Shown here in pieces: positions 12,143-23,802 of a stretch of 62,169 bases of DNA (position 1 is the first letter of the stretch; each line of letters begins with the position of its first letter). The DNA is taken from NCBI RefSeq assembly GCF_006345805.1, contig NW_021833834.1, positions 1-62,169 on the forward strand, read 5' to 3'. Both the position numbers and the translations under genes were made by a program. Origin of the DNA: Octopus sinensis (lineage: Eukaryota). Below the pieces are notes generated by a model, which saw only the letters and a list, made by a program, of their open reading frames with translations, did not search any database and was not told the origin of the DNA.

Positions 12143-13064
12143 ATCAACAAACAAGAAGAGGACAAATATCCGTCAAATGTAAATAATGTAAACTACTAGA
12201 ATTGTAAAATTCCCCAATAGTCGATATTTACAAAAACCGCATCTAAGACACGGAAAGCTGGAAATTTGAAAAGGAATGTCCATTTTGTAGATGTTATTGT
12301 ATTGTTATTTGACAGAAATAGTGACAAATTGTCATGTTACGCTAAAGAAGAAAATTATAACTGACGCCATGATCAAGTGCTTCTAACTTTCCTACGATCA
12401 ATTAAAGACGCAATAGATTAGTGATAAGTATAAAGGGAGACAATCAAGATATCAAATATCGACAACATAAATTGGACAACGATTTAAATAAGAAACAAAA
12501 ATGTTTTTTAACATCAGTATAAGACCGCCAATGTGGTAAAAAAAATGTTTAAATCGACAAAAATACAGTAACAAAAAATATCTTCTAGAAGACTCGATAG
12601 AGTTATGGAAAGAAAGTGTGTGTAAAATATAGAATATAAAGTGCTTAAAATATAAAATCAGAGAGTGGAATATGGAAACAGGGGAAAAGGGTATAGATAC
12701 CGGATCATATTACAAGCGGCAAGCGGCAGTCTGTAAACCGGATTCCATTGACAATTGAAGCCATTCCACGTTTTAAAAATCGTAAAGGGATAGGATCTTG
12801 AGTGTGCGTAAGTAATCTACACATATACAAATGTATATACAAACACACACACACACACATATATTATATGTATGTGTATATATATACATTATATGAATGT
12901 GTATTGTGTATGTATATATAGATATATGTGTGTGTATACATATATATACACACACACATTATATGTAGCATGTATGTATGTATGTATGTATGTTTGTATA
13001 TACGCATATATATATATATATAATGTTACAAACATACATACATACATATATATGTGTGTGAGTG

Positions 13065-13112
<48 letters not shown>

Positions 13113-13113
13113 A

Positions 13114-13930
13114 TATTAGAAGGAGCTTTGGACTAGAAATGTCATTCAAGAGAAATGTCAGGAAGCTAGTGAACAAGAATTGTATTGCATTTTACATTTA
13201 GGCAGGTTAACGGGGTGTTGGTGGGGATTTTGGGGGTAGGCATAGCGCAAAAAATCATACTGGGGAAGTGGTCAAGGGTCAGTGTTAAATTAGTAGGAGA
13301 ATAAATAAAAAAAAAAAAATAAAATAAAAATAAAAAATAATAAATAAACAATAAAAAATAAAAAATATTAAAATATAAAAAAATATAGAGTTTTAGGTAA
13401 ATAAGGAGATTCTCACTTATAACTCTACACATACACACATATATATACAATCACACATACATATACATATCTACACATACACATATATGTATACATAGTG
13501 TGTGTTATATACATGTGTGTATACGTGTATGCAAGTGAGTGTGTGTGTTATACATATCTATGTGTATGGTAGATATGTAAGTATGTGTGATTGTGTATAT
13601 ATATGTGTGTATGTGTAAGGTATATAGAATCTCCTTATTTATAAACTATATATTATTTATATTTTATATTTTTATTTTTATTTTTTTATTTATTTATTTT
13701 TTATTTTATTTTATTTTTTTTTTTTTATTTTATCCTATCTAATTTAAACACTGACTCCTTGACCACTCCCCCAAGTATGATTTTTTGCGCTATGCCTACC
13801 CCAAAAAGTCCCCCACCACACCCCCTTTTAAAACCTGCCTAAATGTATAATGCCACAATACAATTTTGTTCACTAGCTTCCTGAAGATTTCTCTGAATGA
13901 AAAGTCTAGTCCTGTAAAGTCCTTCTAATA
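13114..13930. repeat. ~820-bp imperfect foldback (inverted repeat without spacer)
   Basis: TATTAGAAGGAGCTTTGGACTAGA... mirrors ...TCTAGTCCTGTAAAGTCCTTCTAATA; centre near 13510; arms differ mostly by small indels. Confidence 0.85.
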
Positions 13931-14023
13931 ATAAAATTAATTCTACTCTGCTATGTATGATAACTTATTTACTGTGGTTAACCCGAATAAACCCGGGACC
14001 TAATATATATCTAATATATATAT

Positions 14024-14166
14024 TATTATTAGTGAATTGAAGAAATGGAGTTGAAGAAGTGAACAGACAATCGTTTATGCAGCTACAAGTGTTTCGGTGT
14101 TGAATGCAATATAAACGATTTCTGTTCAATCTCGTTCAACTCCATTTCTTCAATTCACTAATAATA
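14024..14166. repeat. 143-bp hairpin with 32-bp perfect outer arms
   Basis: 14024-14055 is the exact reverse complement of 14135-14166; inner TGAACAGA/TCTGTTCA and AATCGTTTAT/ATAAACGATT also pair. Confidence 0.9.
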
Positions 14167-14796
14167 TTAAAAATTCAATTATCCGCACCAACGCACGGTT
14201 GCAACACCATAGGGTGGTACTCCCCAACCTGCTGTTCTTCGGCTGTGGATTTTGCTACCCAAGGTATCGGTAAACTTTTGATTATCTGCACAGATTATTC
14301 ATCTTTCTATTTCACAAAATATATATATATATATATATATTATACAATATTGTTACATTATCGGTAAGATAAATTTTCTATTACATAATAGAGGTCTCTT
14401 TCTTTCTTTTGTTATCTTACCGTTTTATCAATATATTTATATATCTATATTATATATATATAATTATATATATATATATATATATATAACTATTATAAAT
14501 ACATATTATTTATTTATATATATATATATACATATTTGTAATATATTTGTGTGAGTGTGTATGCTTGTGTGTATCTTAATTTTACAAATAAAATACTGAG
14601 AGTAACTTCGAAGTTTCGACTTACTAACCGTCACGGGACTGACACGCTACTAAACAGTAATTAAACATGCTTCAAATTTGATGGTCAACTGTTTTAAATA
14701 TAACTTTACACTAATGCATACACACACATATTCATACATACATAAGTACATGTACATATATATATATATATAATATATATATATATATTATATATA

Positions 14797-14836
<40 letters not shown>

Positions 14837-14962
14837 GATAAATATGGTTATATGTACGTATGAATGTATGTATGTATATATACATATATGTATGTCTGTA
14901 TTAATGTCTGTAGATATATCTATCTATCTATTTATATATATACATATATTCTTTCTTTCTTT

Positions 14963-15360
14963 CTTTCTTTTACTTGTTTCAGCCATTTGACTGCGGCCAT
15001 GCTGGAGCACCGCCTTTAGTCGAGCAAATCGACCCCGGGACTTATTCTTTGTAAGCCCAGTACTTATTCTTTCGGTCTCTTTTGCCGAACCGCTAAATGA
15101 CGGGGACGTAAACACACCAGCATCGGTTGTCAAGCAATGCTAGGGGGGACAAACACAGACATACATACACACACATATATATATATATACATATATACGA
15201 CAGGCTTCTTTCAGTTTCCGTCTTCCAAATCCACTCACAAGGCATTGGTCGGCCCGGGGGCTATAGCAGAAGACACTTGCCCAAAATACCACGCAGTGGG
15301 ATGAACCCGGAACCATGTGGCTGGTTAGCAAGCTACTTACCACGCAGCCACTCCTGCGCC
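14963..15360 (-). mobile_element. SINE family A, full length
   Basis: Head, central microsatellite, conserved 3' domain and AAGTAAAAGAAAG tail all present. Confidence 0.95.
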
Positions 15361-15408
15361 TATATATATATATTATATATATATATATATAATATATATA
15401 TATATCTA

Positions 15409-15487
<79 letters not shown>

Positions 15488-16229
15488 TATATATATATAA
15501 AGAGAGAGTAAAGGAAAAGGCAAACGGAGCCAGCTCGTGTGATCCTTCACAAGTTGTCGATCTTAAATATGTGTTAGTTTTTTGGGATTGTTTGTTTGTT
15601 TGTGCGTGTGTATGCAAGAGAGATAAAGAGAGTATACATTCGCATTGACATACACTACTTGCACATACACACATACACTCACAAACACACACAAATTCAC
15701 ATACAAACACACACACACACAAAGTAGTGGACAGAATTTCGTGAGGAATGCAATTCTGCCAAAAGATAATCATGTCTTGTTCTCCAACAAATATGACTTC
15801 GACCTTTCTTTCTTCTAGTTAATTTGTGTGTATGTGTGTCCATGTGTGTGTGTGTGTGTGCGTGAGTTGTGTGTGTGTCTGTGTATGTGGTTCTCCGCTT
15901 TTCTTTCTCTCTGCTCATCCAACTATTCTCCTTGTTTGTATTTTCGTTATATTTTGCATTTTCTTTGATTTTTATATATATTTTTTATTCACTCGATTAT
16001 TTTTTTTTCGTAATTTTTTTTTCCTTTCGACACTTTATATTATTTTATTTGTTTTCGTGTCATTCAAGCAATTGCTTATTTTTTCTTCTCTGCATTTTTT
16101 TTCTCTCTCTTCCTCAAAATTGTATATAGTAATCTAGACGCACACACACAGACACACTTACAGACAGTCACACATACACACAGACGAAAATAAACAGGTA
16201 GCACGCATTTATATGCATATATGTATATA

Positions 16230-16795
16230 TATATATATATCTATTATAATATATATATTTATATATATATAATATATTATGTATATATAATATATATATA
16301 TAATATATATATAATATATATTGTATGTGTTGTAAGTATATAATATATATGTGTGTATGTGTGTGTATGTGTGTGTGTGTGTATGCGTGTGTGTGTGTGT
16401 GTGTGTGTTGATGGTGTGTGTGTGTGTATTTCAGCCAATATTGGCATTGGCCAAATAAAACTAACACAGCATAGAAATATATGCGTGCGTGTGTGTGTAT
16501 GTATGTGCGCGCGCACAAATATTCATGCATACATACAGACATACATACATGTACAGATTTAGTTACATATGTGAATGTGTGTATGTGTTCGTATATTCTT
16601 TTGACAATATTCTTTTCCCCCCTCCTCGGTATTACGACTCCCCGCCGTCCCCTTTCTCTGTGATCTACTCTCTTTGACTCTCTAACACCATTGATACTTA
16701 AACATCTACCGATAAATCAACCTGCCTATCAATTGATTTCATGTTCTCGCGCTGTTTATATATACATCAACATATACATAATATGCTATTGTGTG

Positions 16796-16832
<37 letters not shown>

Positions 16833-16952
16833 TCACACACCCAAATATATATGCATGCATACACACACAAACACACACACATATATCTATATATACATAT
16901 ATATGTATAAATACATAATATGTTCATAACATAAGCATACCTATATCCATAT

Positions 16953-16995
<43 letters not shown>

Positions 16996-17144
16996 TATAT
17001 ATCATATATTATATATATTATATATATATATATGTATATGTATATATATATATGTATACCTACATTCATTATACATACATACATACATACACACACACAT
17101 ATACATACATATATCTATATCTATATACATACATACATATATAC

Positions 17145-17195
<51 letters not shown>

Positions 17196-17214
17196 TATAT
17201 CCATATATACATAT

Positions 17215-17283
<69 letters not shown>

Positions 17284-17340
17284 TAATATATATATATATA
17301 TATATAGATATAATATATATATATATATATACATACATAC
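16230..17340. repeat. Compound (TA)n/(TG)n/(TACA)n microsatellite field
   Basis: Directly visible; source of the poly-IY ORFs. Confidence 0.95.
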
Positions 17341-17628
17341 CGCTGTCAGAAAATGTTTCTGTCACACAATGCGACGAAATGGTGAGGAGAGGGGCGAAAC
17401 TTTCTCAGCTTACTCACTCCCGCTTTTCCCCACCCCTTACCCGTCGCGCTGTTCGATCTTTTATGTTCACCATTCATATATAATTTTCTCTTATTACTTT
17501 CGTTTAGTTCTGGTCAAGCCATACCTGTACACAGCAAGGGATCTACTGTAGTTCTCTATAACACAAAACATAACGCTGACAAACCTATTCCCGTAAACAA
17601 CATATACCAGAAGAGAAACAGAATCGTA

Positions 17629-17629
<1 letters not shown>

Positions 17630-17701
<72 letters not shown>

Positions 17702-17874
17702 TGATGATGATTGATGATGATGATGATGATGACGATGATGATGATGATAATAATAATAATAGGACAAAAAATCAAAAGGAAACAATCTCCATCAAAGCAA
17801 AAATAGCTCCATAAATATACACTCACCAACAATAACAACAATGTTGTTGCTTCTACTGTTGGTGCTTTTGATGT

Positions 17875-17923
<49 letters not shown>

Positions 17924-17948
17924 GATGAAGATGATGATGATGAAGATG

Positions 17949-18008
<60 letters not shown>

Positions 18009-18461
18009 ATGGCGATGATGGGGACGGTCATGATGATGATTATGATGAGAACGATGATACCGTTGGTGGTGGTTGGGGCTGACGATGTTGATAAAGACGG
18101 CGATGATCAAGATGATGTTGATGATGATATGATGATGATGATGATGATGATGATGATGGTGACGATGGTAAACATGATGGCGTTTGTAGTGGTGTTAGTG
18201 ATGGTCGTGATGGTGGTAATGGTAGCGGCAGTGTTGACGGTGCTGGTGGTGGCAGTGGTGGCGGTGGTGGCGGCGGCTGCGGCGACGGCAAAGACGATGG
18301 ATGATGAATATGATGATGACAATGCTGATGACAATGATGATACAGACGATAATGACGACGACATCGACGACGGCGACAACGACGGTTACTCCGATGATGA
18401 CGAGGAAAGTGTCGATGGCGATGATGAAGATGATAGTGATATTGAGGAGGAGGAACATGGT

Positions 18462-18492
<31 letters not shown>

Positions 18493-18901
18493 ATGACAAT
18501 GATGATGATGATGATGATGATGATGACGACGACGACGACGACGACGACTACGACGACGACGATGATGATGATGATGATGATGATGATGATAATGATGATG
18601 ATGAAGATGATGATGATGATGATGATGATGACGACGATGATGACGATGGCGATGATTATGATGCTGCTGCTGCTGCTGATGATGATGATAATGATGGTGA
18701 TAGTAAATAACCTAGCACGGAAACAAACCAAAAACTATAACACTAGTTTTTCAGGCTATATTTCTATTTTAATTACGGACTTGGTCACATATGTGCCTTC
18801 CTGACACGAAATAAAATGACGAAAAGTAGAAAGTTTCCCAACATTTTGCAATATTTTATTCTTGTTGTTGAAGGCATTTCTCTTTATTTTCCTTTTTTTT
18901 T

Positions 18902-18962
<61 letters not shown>

Positions 18963-19010
18963 TGATGATGAGGATGATGATGATGATGATAATGATAATA
19001 ATAATATATT
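17630..19010. repeat. Compound trinucleotide arrays (AAT, GAT, GGT, GAC, GCT)
   Basis: Directly visible; the 289-aa poly-M/poly-D ORF is a translation of the repeat. Confidence 0.95.
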
Positions 19011-19051
19011 CACATGTATATACAAACACGCACGTATATTATGCATATAGA

Positions 19052-19086
<35 letters not shown>

Positions 19087-19204
19087 ACATATACACATAA
19101 CACACACATATATATATATAATATATATATATATATAATATATGCGTGCAGAAATATTATACCTATATATGTGAATAATCTGTGTGGTGTGTGTTATACA
19201 TATA

Positions 19205-19278
<74 letters not shown>

Positions 19279-19403
19279 TTACATATATTTATGTATATGT
19301 ACATATATATATATATTTATATATTTATTTATACAAATATATATATCAGAAATCTGTATGAATGTATATATGGCCTGATGTACCAATGTGTGTGGTGTGT
19401 GCC

Positions 19404-19448
<45 letters not shown>

Positions 19449-19489
19449 TACTAATATATACATATATACATACATAATATACATATACA

Positions 19490-19568
<79 letters not shown>

Positions 19569-20358
19569 TACATATATATATATATATTATATATTTATAT
19601 CTATGCATTAATATAATATATTGTGTTAGATTGTGTGGATATGTAGAAATGTAGTGAGTGTAATTCTCTCCTACAAGCCGTCTCTAACAAATTATCTGTC
19701 GCTCTATCTATCTAACTATCTATCTATATATCTATCTATCACAGACACACACAGTCTCTATCCCTCTCTGACACTGGCCTTCCTTGTCTCTCTCCTTTCC
19801 TCTCTATCTATCTATTGCATTAAAAGGAGCTGATGTAATGCGCAGAAGCAATTTATCTGGACAAGTTTAATTGCAATTTGCTGCAGGCCATCACTTTATA
19901 ATTCTACTGACGTTTAGCTGCCAATAGAAATGGACAGTTGACATGTTCCTGGTGTGAAAACTGGTCCAGAGTAAAAATGAGAAATAAAAATAGCAAGACT
20001 AAAAAAAAAAAAGCAAAAAAAAAAGAAACAATAAAAATGGAGAAGAAATATTTTTGTTTTTTGTAAGGGTGAAAACGAAGTATGAGTGTAGGTAGGTAGT
20101 AGGTAGGTAGGTAGGTAGGTAGGGGTAGTAGAGGATGAAAACGATGAAGGTAAAATGATGTAAAGCAAGCAGAAATAAACAGACGAGAAGAAAAAGAATA
20201 AAAAGCGAGAAGCTGGAAAAGAAAGAAAATACCTAAAACATAAAATATAATCTGTAAAAAAAAACACATAAAAATATAAACTATAAATAAATTGAAATCA
20301 TAAAAACAATATGTCTGTGCGTGTGTGTACACATGTAAATATATATATCATACATACA

Positions 20359-20396
<38 letters not shown>

Positions 20397-20400
20397 TATA

Positions 20401-20436
<36 letters not shown>

Positions 20437-21339
20437 TATATATATAACATCTATATATTCATTCCTACAATCGTACGCGCTTCTCTATTTTTATCAATTT
20501 AGTATATTTTATAGCTTGTATTTCTTATGCATTTTTTGCTCTTTTTAAAAAGTCTTTACTTTATTTTTTACATTATTTCTACCTTTCTCATCACATCCCT
20601 TCTCTTTTTCGTCTTCTTTTCCACACCACATAGACACACACTTATATATATATAAATAAGCATATATATATTATATATATTATATATATATATTATATAT
20701 ATAATATATATTATATTTATTTAATACATATATATATATATATATTATATATATATATATTTATTTTATATATATATATATATATATATTATGTATAAAT
20801 ACATATATATGTATGTATGTATATATATTATGTATATAATATATATTATATTACATATACATATATATATAAATATATATGTGTGGTGTATATATATATA
20901 TATATTTACACAAACACACACACCCGCATATATATGGATGTGCGTGCACACGTATTTGTATGTGAGAGTGTTGTATATGTATTCGTATATGTCTGTTCCC
21001 AGTAGAAGCGAAAGACATATTGTTTGATGTATAATATCGACGCATGCTATCAAAATTATAGGCGTGTGTATATATGTATGTACGTAAGCTTATATAGATG
21101 TATGTATGTATGTATGTATGTATGTATGTATGTATGTATGTATGTATGTACGTAGGAGGGAGTGAGATGTGACTGCGTAATTTTGTACATGACGCAACAA
21201 TAGAGACTTTTAATACACGTACATATTTGCATTATATTCGTTTTGTCATGCAATACACCTGTCTTTATATAAACCTATTTATATATGAAATGTGTGGAAA
21301 CTGTGATTGCAAACAAATAGCTAACCGTTTTGAACATTC

Positions 21340-21800
21340 ACTCTCTCTCTCTCTCTCTCTTGCTGATATTATTCTACTCTTCCTCTCTGCCCTCTTCTTT
21401 TCACTTTCCTTTCCTTTTTATTCTTTTACCCCTATTCGTTATTGTTGTTGTTATTGTTCTTCTTTTCCTCACCCTCCTTCTCCTCCGTCTCCTTTTTCTT
21501 CTTTTTTCCTTCTTTTCTTCCCTCCTCTTTACCTCCTTCTTCTACCCATTTTCTTGACCGCCTCCTCCTCATCTCTTTTTCGACTTTCGTCTTCCCCTTC
21601 TTTATCTTCGTCCTCTTCCCTCTTTTTTTGCCTTTCTCCCACCTCTTTTATTCCTTTTCTTTCTATTCTTTTCCTCTTCTTTCCCGTTTCCTCTCCTTTT
21701 TCTTCCTTCTCCTCACCCCTTTCGTCCTTCTTCTTCTTCTTCTTCTTCTTCTTCTTCTTCTTCTTCTTCTTCTTCTTCTTCTTCTTCTTCTTTTTCTCCA
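21340..21800. repeat. ~460-bp polypyrimidine tract ending in (CTT)n
   Basis: Plus strand almost entirely C/T. Confidence 0.9.
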
Positions 21801-22230
21801 CGTACGATGCTTACGAGCTGCGGCGATCATGGACTTCAAGCTCTCCTCCTCGTCACACATCTTAAGACGTTTTATAGTCAGTCCTTCTACATCCTGCTGG
21901 TAAGGCTCTCATATGTCCTTTCTAACCCCCCCCCCTGTTGCCTTCTGTTCTCAGTAATTGTAGAATGCATGAATATTTATTTTGGAGTGTGCGAAAATGT
22001 ATTCAATTTAATATTAAGCGAATAAGCATAGCAATAGGAAGTGGGAACGTATTTCCTCAGGGACGCCTTCAACATAAAGAGCAAATAGCTATACAGGTGC
22101 TGTTATTCTGTTTATTGTTTTCATTGTTATTTTCTCGTAGTTAACGCTGCAATTTTAACAGATTAATTAAATTATTAATTAATTTTAAAAATCCTAACAA
22201 TTTTTGCTTAATTAAAAAATATTATGTATA

Positions 22231-22606
22231 GGGGCAAGCGTGGCTGTATGGTAAGAAGCTTGCCTCCCAGCCACATGGTTACGGGTTCAGTCCCACTGGG
22301 TGGCACTTTAGGCAAGTGTCTTCTCCTATAGCCTCGGGCCGACCAAAGCTTCGTGAGTGGATTTGGCAGACGGAAAATGAAAGAAGCCCGTCGTATAAAA
22401 TGTGTGTGTGTGTGTGTATTTGTTCCCCTACCATTGCTTGACGACGGATGTTGGTGTGTTTATGTCGCCGTAACTTAGTGGCTCGGCAAAAGAGACCTAT
22501 GGAATTAGTACTAGGCTTACAACGAATAAGTCCTGGGGACGATTTGTTCGACTAAAGGCGGTACTGCAGCATGGTCACAGTCAAATGACTGAAGCAAGTA
22601 AAAGAA
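22231..22606 (+). mobile_element. SINE family A, near full length
   Basis: GGGGCAAGCGTGGCTGTATGGTAAGAAGCTTGCC... to ...GTCAAATGACTGAAGCAAGTAAAAG. Confidence 0.9.
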
Positions 22607-22675
22607 TGAAATAGTATTAGCATTCACTTGATTACAAGAGTAAGAGTTTAGGAATGAAGCGGGAGAGGGGGAGAA

Positions 22676-22718
<43 letters not shown>

Positions 22719-23380
22719 GTACCCAGTAATAATCGTTTCCAAGGGAATTCTACGAAGTAAAAATATCTTAGTTTCAACATGATCTACATACGATTTCACT
22801 AACCTTTTTCGATACATGCTGGAGGTGTGAATATGTGTGTGTGTATTTGTGTGTGATTGTGTTTTAACCCCCAATGCTTGATAATTGCTGTTGGTTTGTT
22901 GGTTTGTGTGTGCATATGTATGTATGTATGTATATTCAAATTTACCCTTTTACTCTTTGGGCTTGGTCACGATTGTAGTTAGTCGTTGTACGGACCATAA
23001 CACCCATTCCAGTACGGTACTTATTTTACAACTTATATTTATTTCATTGCCATATATAACCTTTTGACATGAAAGGACTGCCGTTTTATACTACTATACA
23101 CAGATACACACTTACACAAACATACACTCGACGGACTTCTGCCAAACAAGTTTTTTAGTCATAAGGCATAAATCAATTGGTCAACTGGACTAAAAGACGT
23201 TTTCTTAAGATATCTATGTAGTTGGACCGAATCGAAGCTGCAATTTTCAATGTATAGCTATCAATAGCGATATGAGATATCTGGATTTGAAATGGAAACT
23301 GGCTAGAAAAGCGCTTCAGGATTTTTAAGACTGCCATAGAATAGAATTCCACAGACGACTTTCTGAAGCAATTGAATATA

Positions 23381-23802
23381 CGCAGGCGTGGCTGTGTGGG
23401 TAGGCGCAGGCATGGCTGTATAGGTAGGCGCAGTCGTGGCTGTGTGGGTAGACGCAGGCGTGACTATGTGATAAGAAGCTTGCTTCCCAACAACATAGTT
23501 CCGGGTTCAGTCCCACTGCGTGGCAGCTTGGGCAAGTGTCTTCTACTATGACCTCGGTCCGACCAGATCCTTGTGAGTGGATTTGGTTGACGGAAACTGA
23601 AAGAAGCCCATCGTATATGTATATATATTTATGTATCCGTCTTTGTGCCTGTGTTTGTCCCCCACCATTACTTGAAAACTTTTATTGGTGTGCTTGCGTC
23701 CCCGTAATTTAGCGTTTCCGCAAAAGAGACCGGTAGAATAAACCCTGGGATCGATTTCTTCGACTAAAACCCTTTAACGCGGTGACTGAAACAATTTAAA
23801 GA
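23381..23802 (+). mobile_element. SINE family A with the 24-bp 5' (A-box) unit repeated four times
   Basis: CGCAGGCGTGGCTGTGTGGGTAGG-like units start at 23381, 23405, 23429 and 23453. Confidence 0.9.

Larger units (their letters stand above)
11609..12191. mobile_element. Foldback insertion of two head-to-head units, each tRNA-like head + (AAT)n + hammerhead tail; 12-bp TSD
   Basis: 11646-11892 is the reverse complement of ~11900-12190. ACTACTAGAATT flanks both sides (11597-11608, 12192-12203). Confidence 0.9.

Noticed and set aside
14190-14260. Degenerate hammerhead around CACCCTATGGTG (minus)
   Set aside because: Only a 4-bp stem-loop survives; both core segments are unrecognisable.
17841-18710. 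289-aa ORF as a real acidic protein
   Set aside because: Translation of GAT-type microsatellite; switches from poly-M to poly-D; no unique domain or signal peptide.
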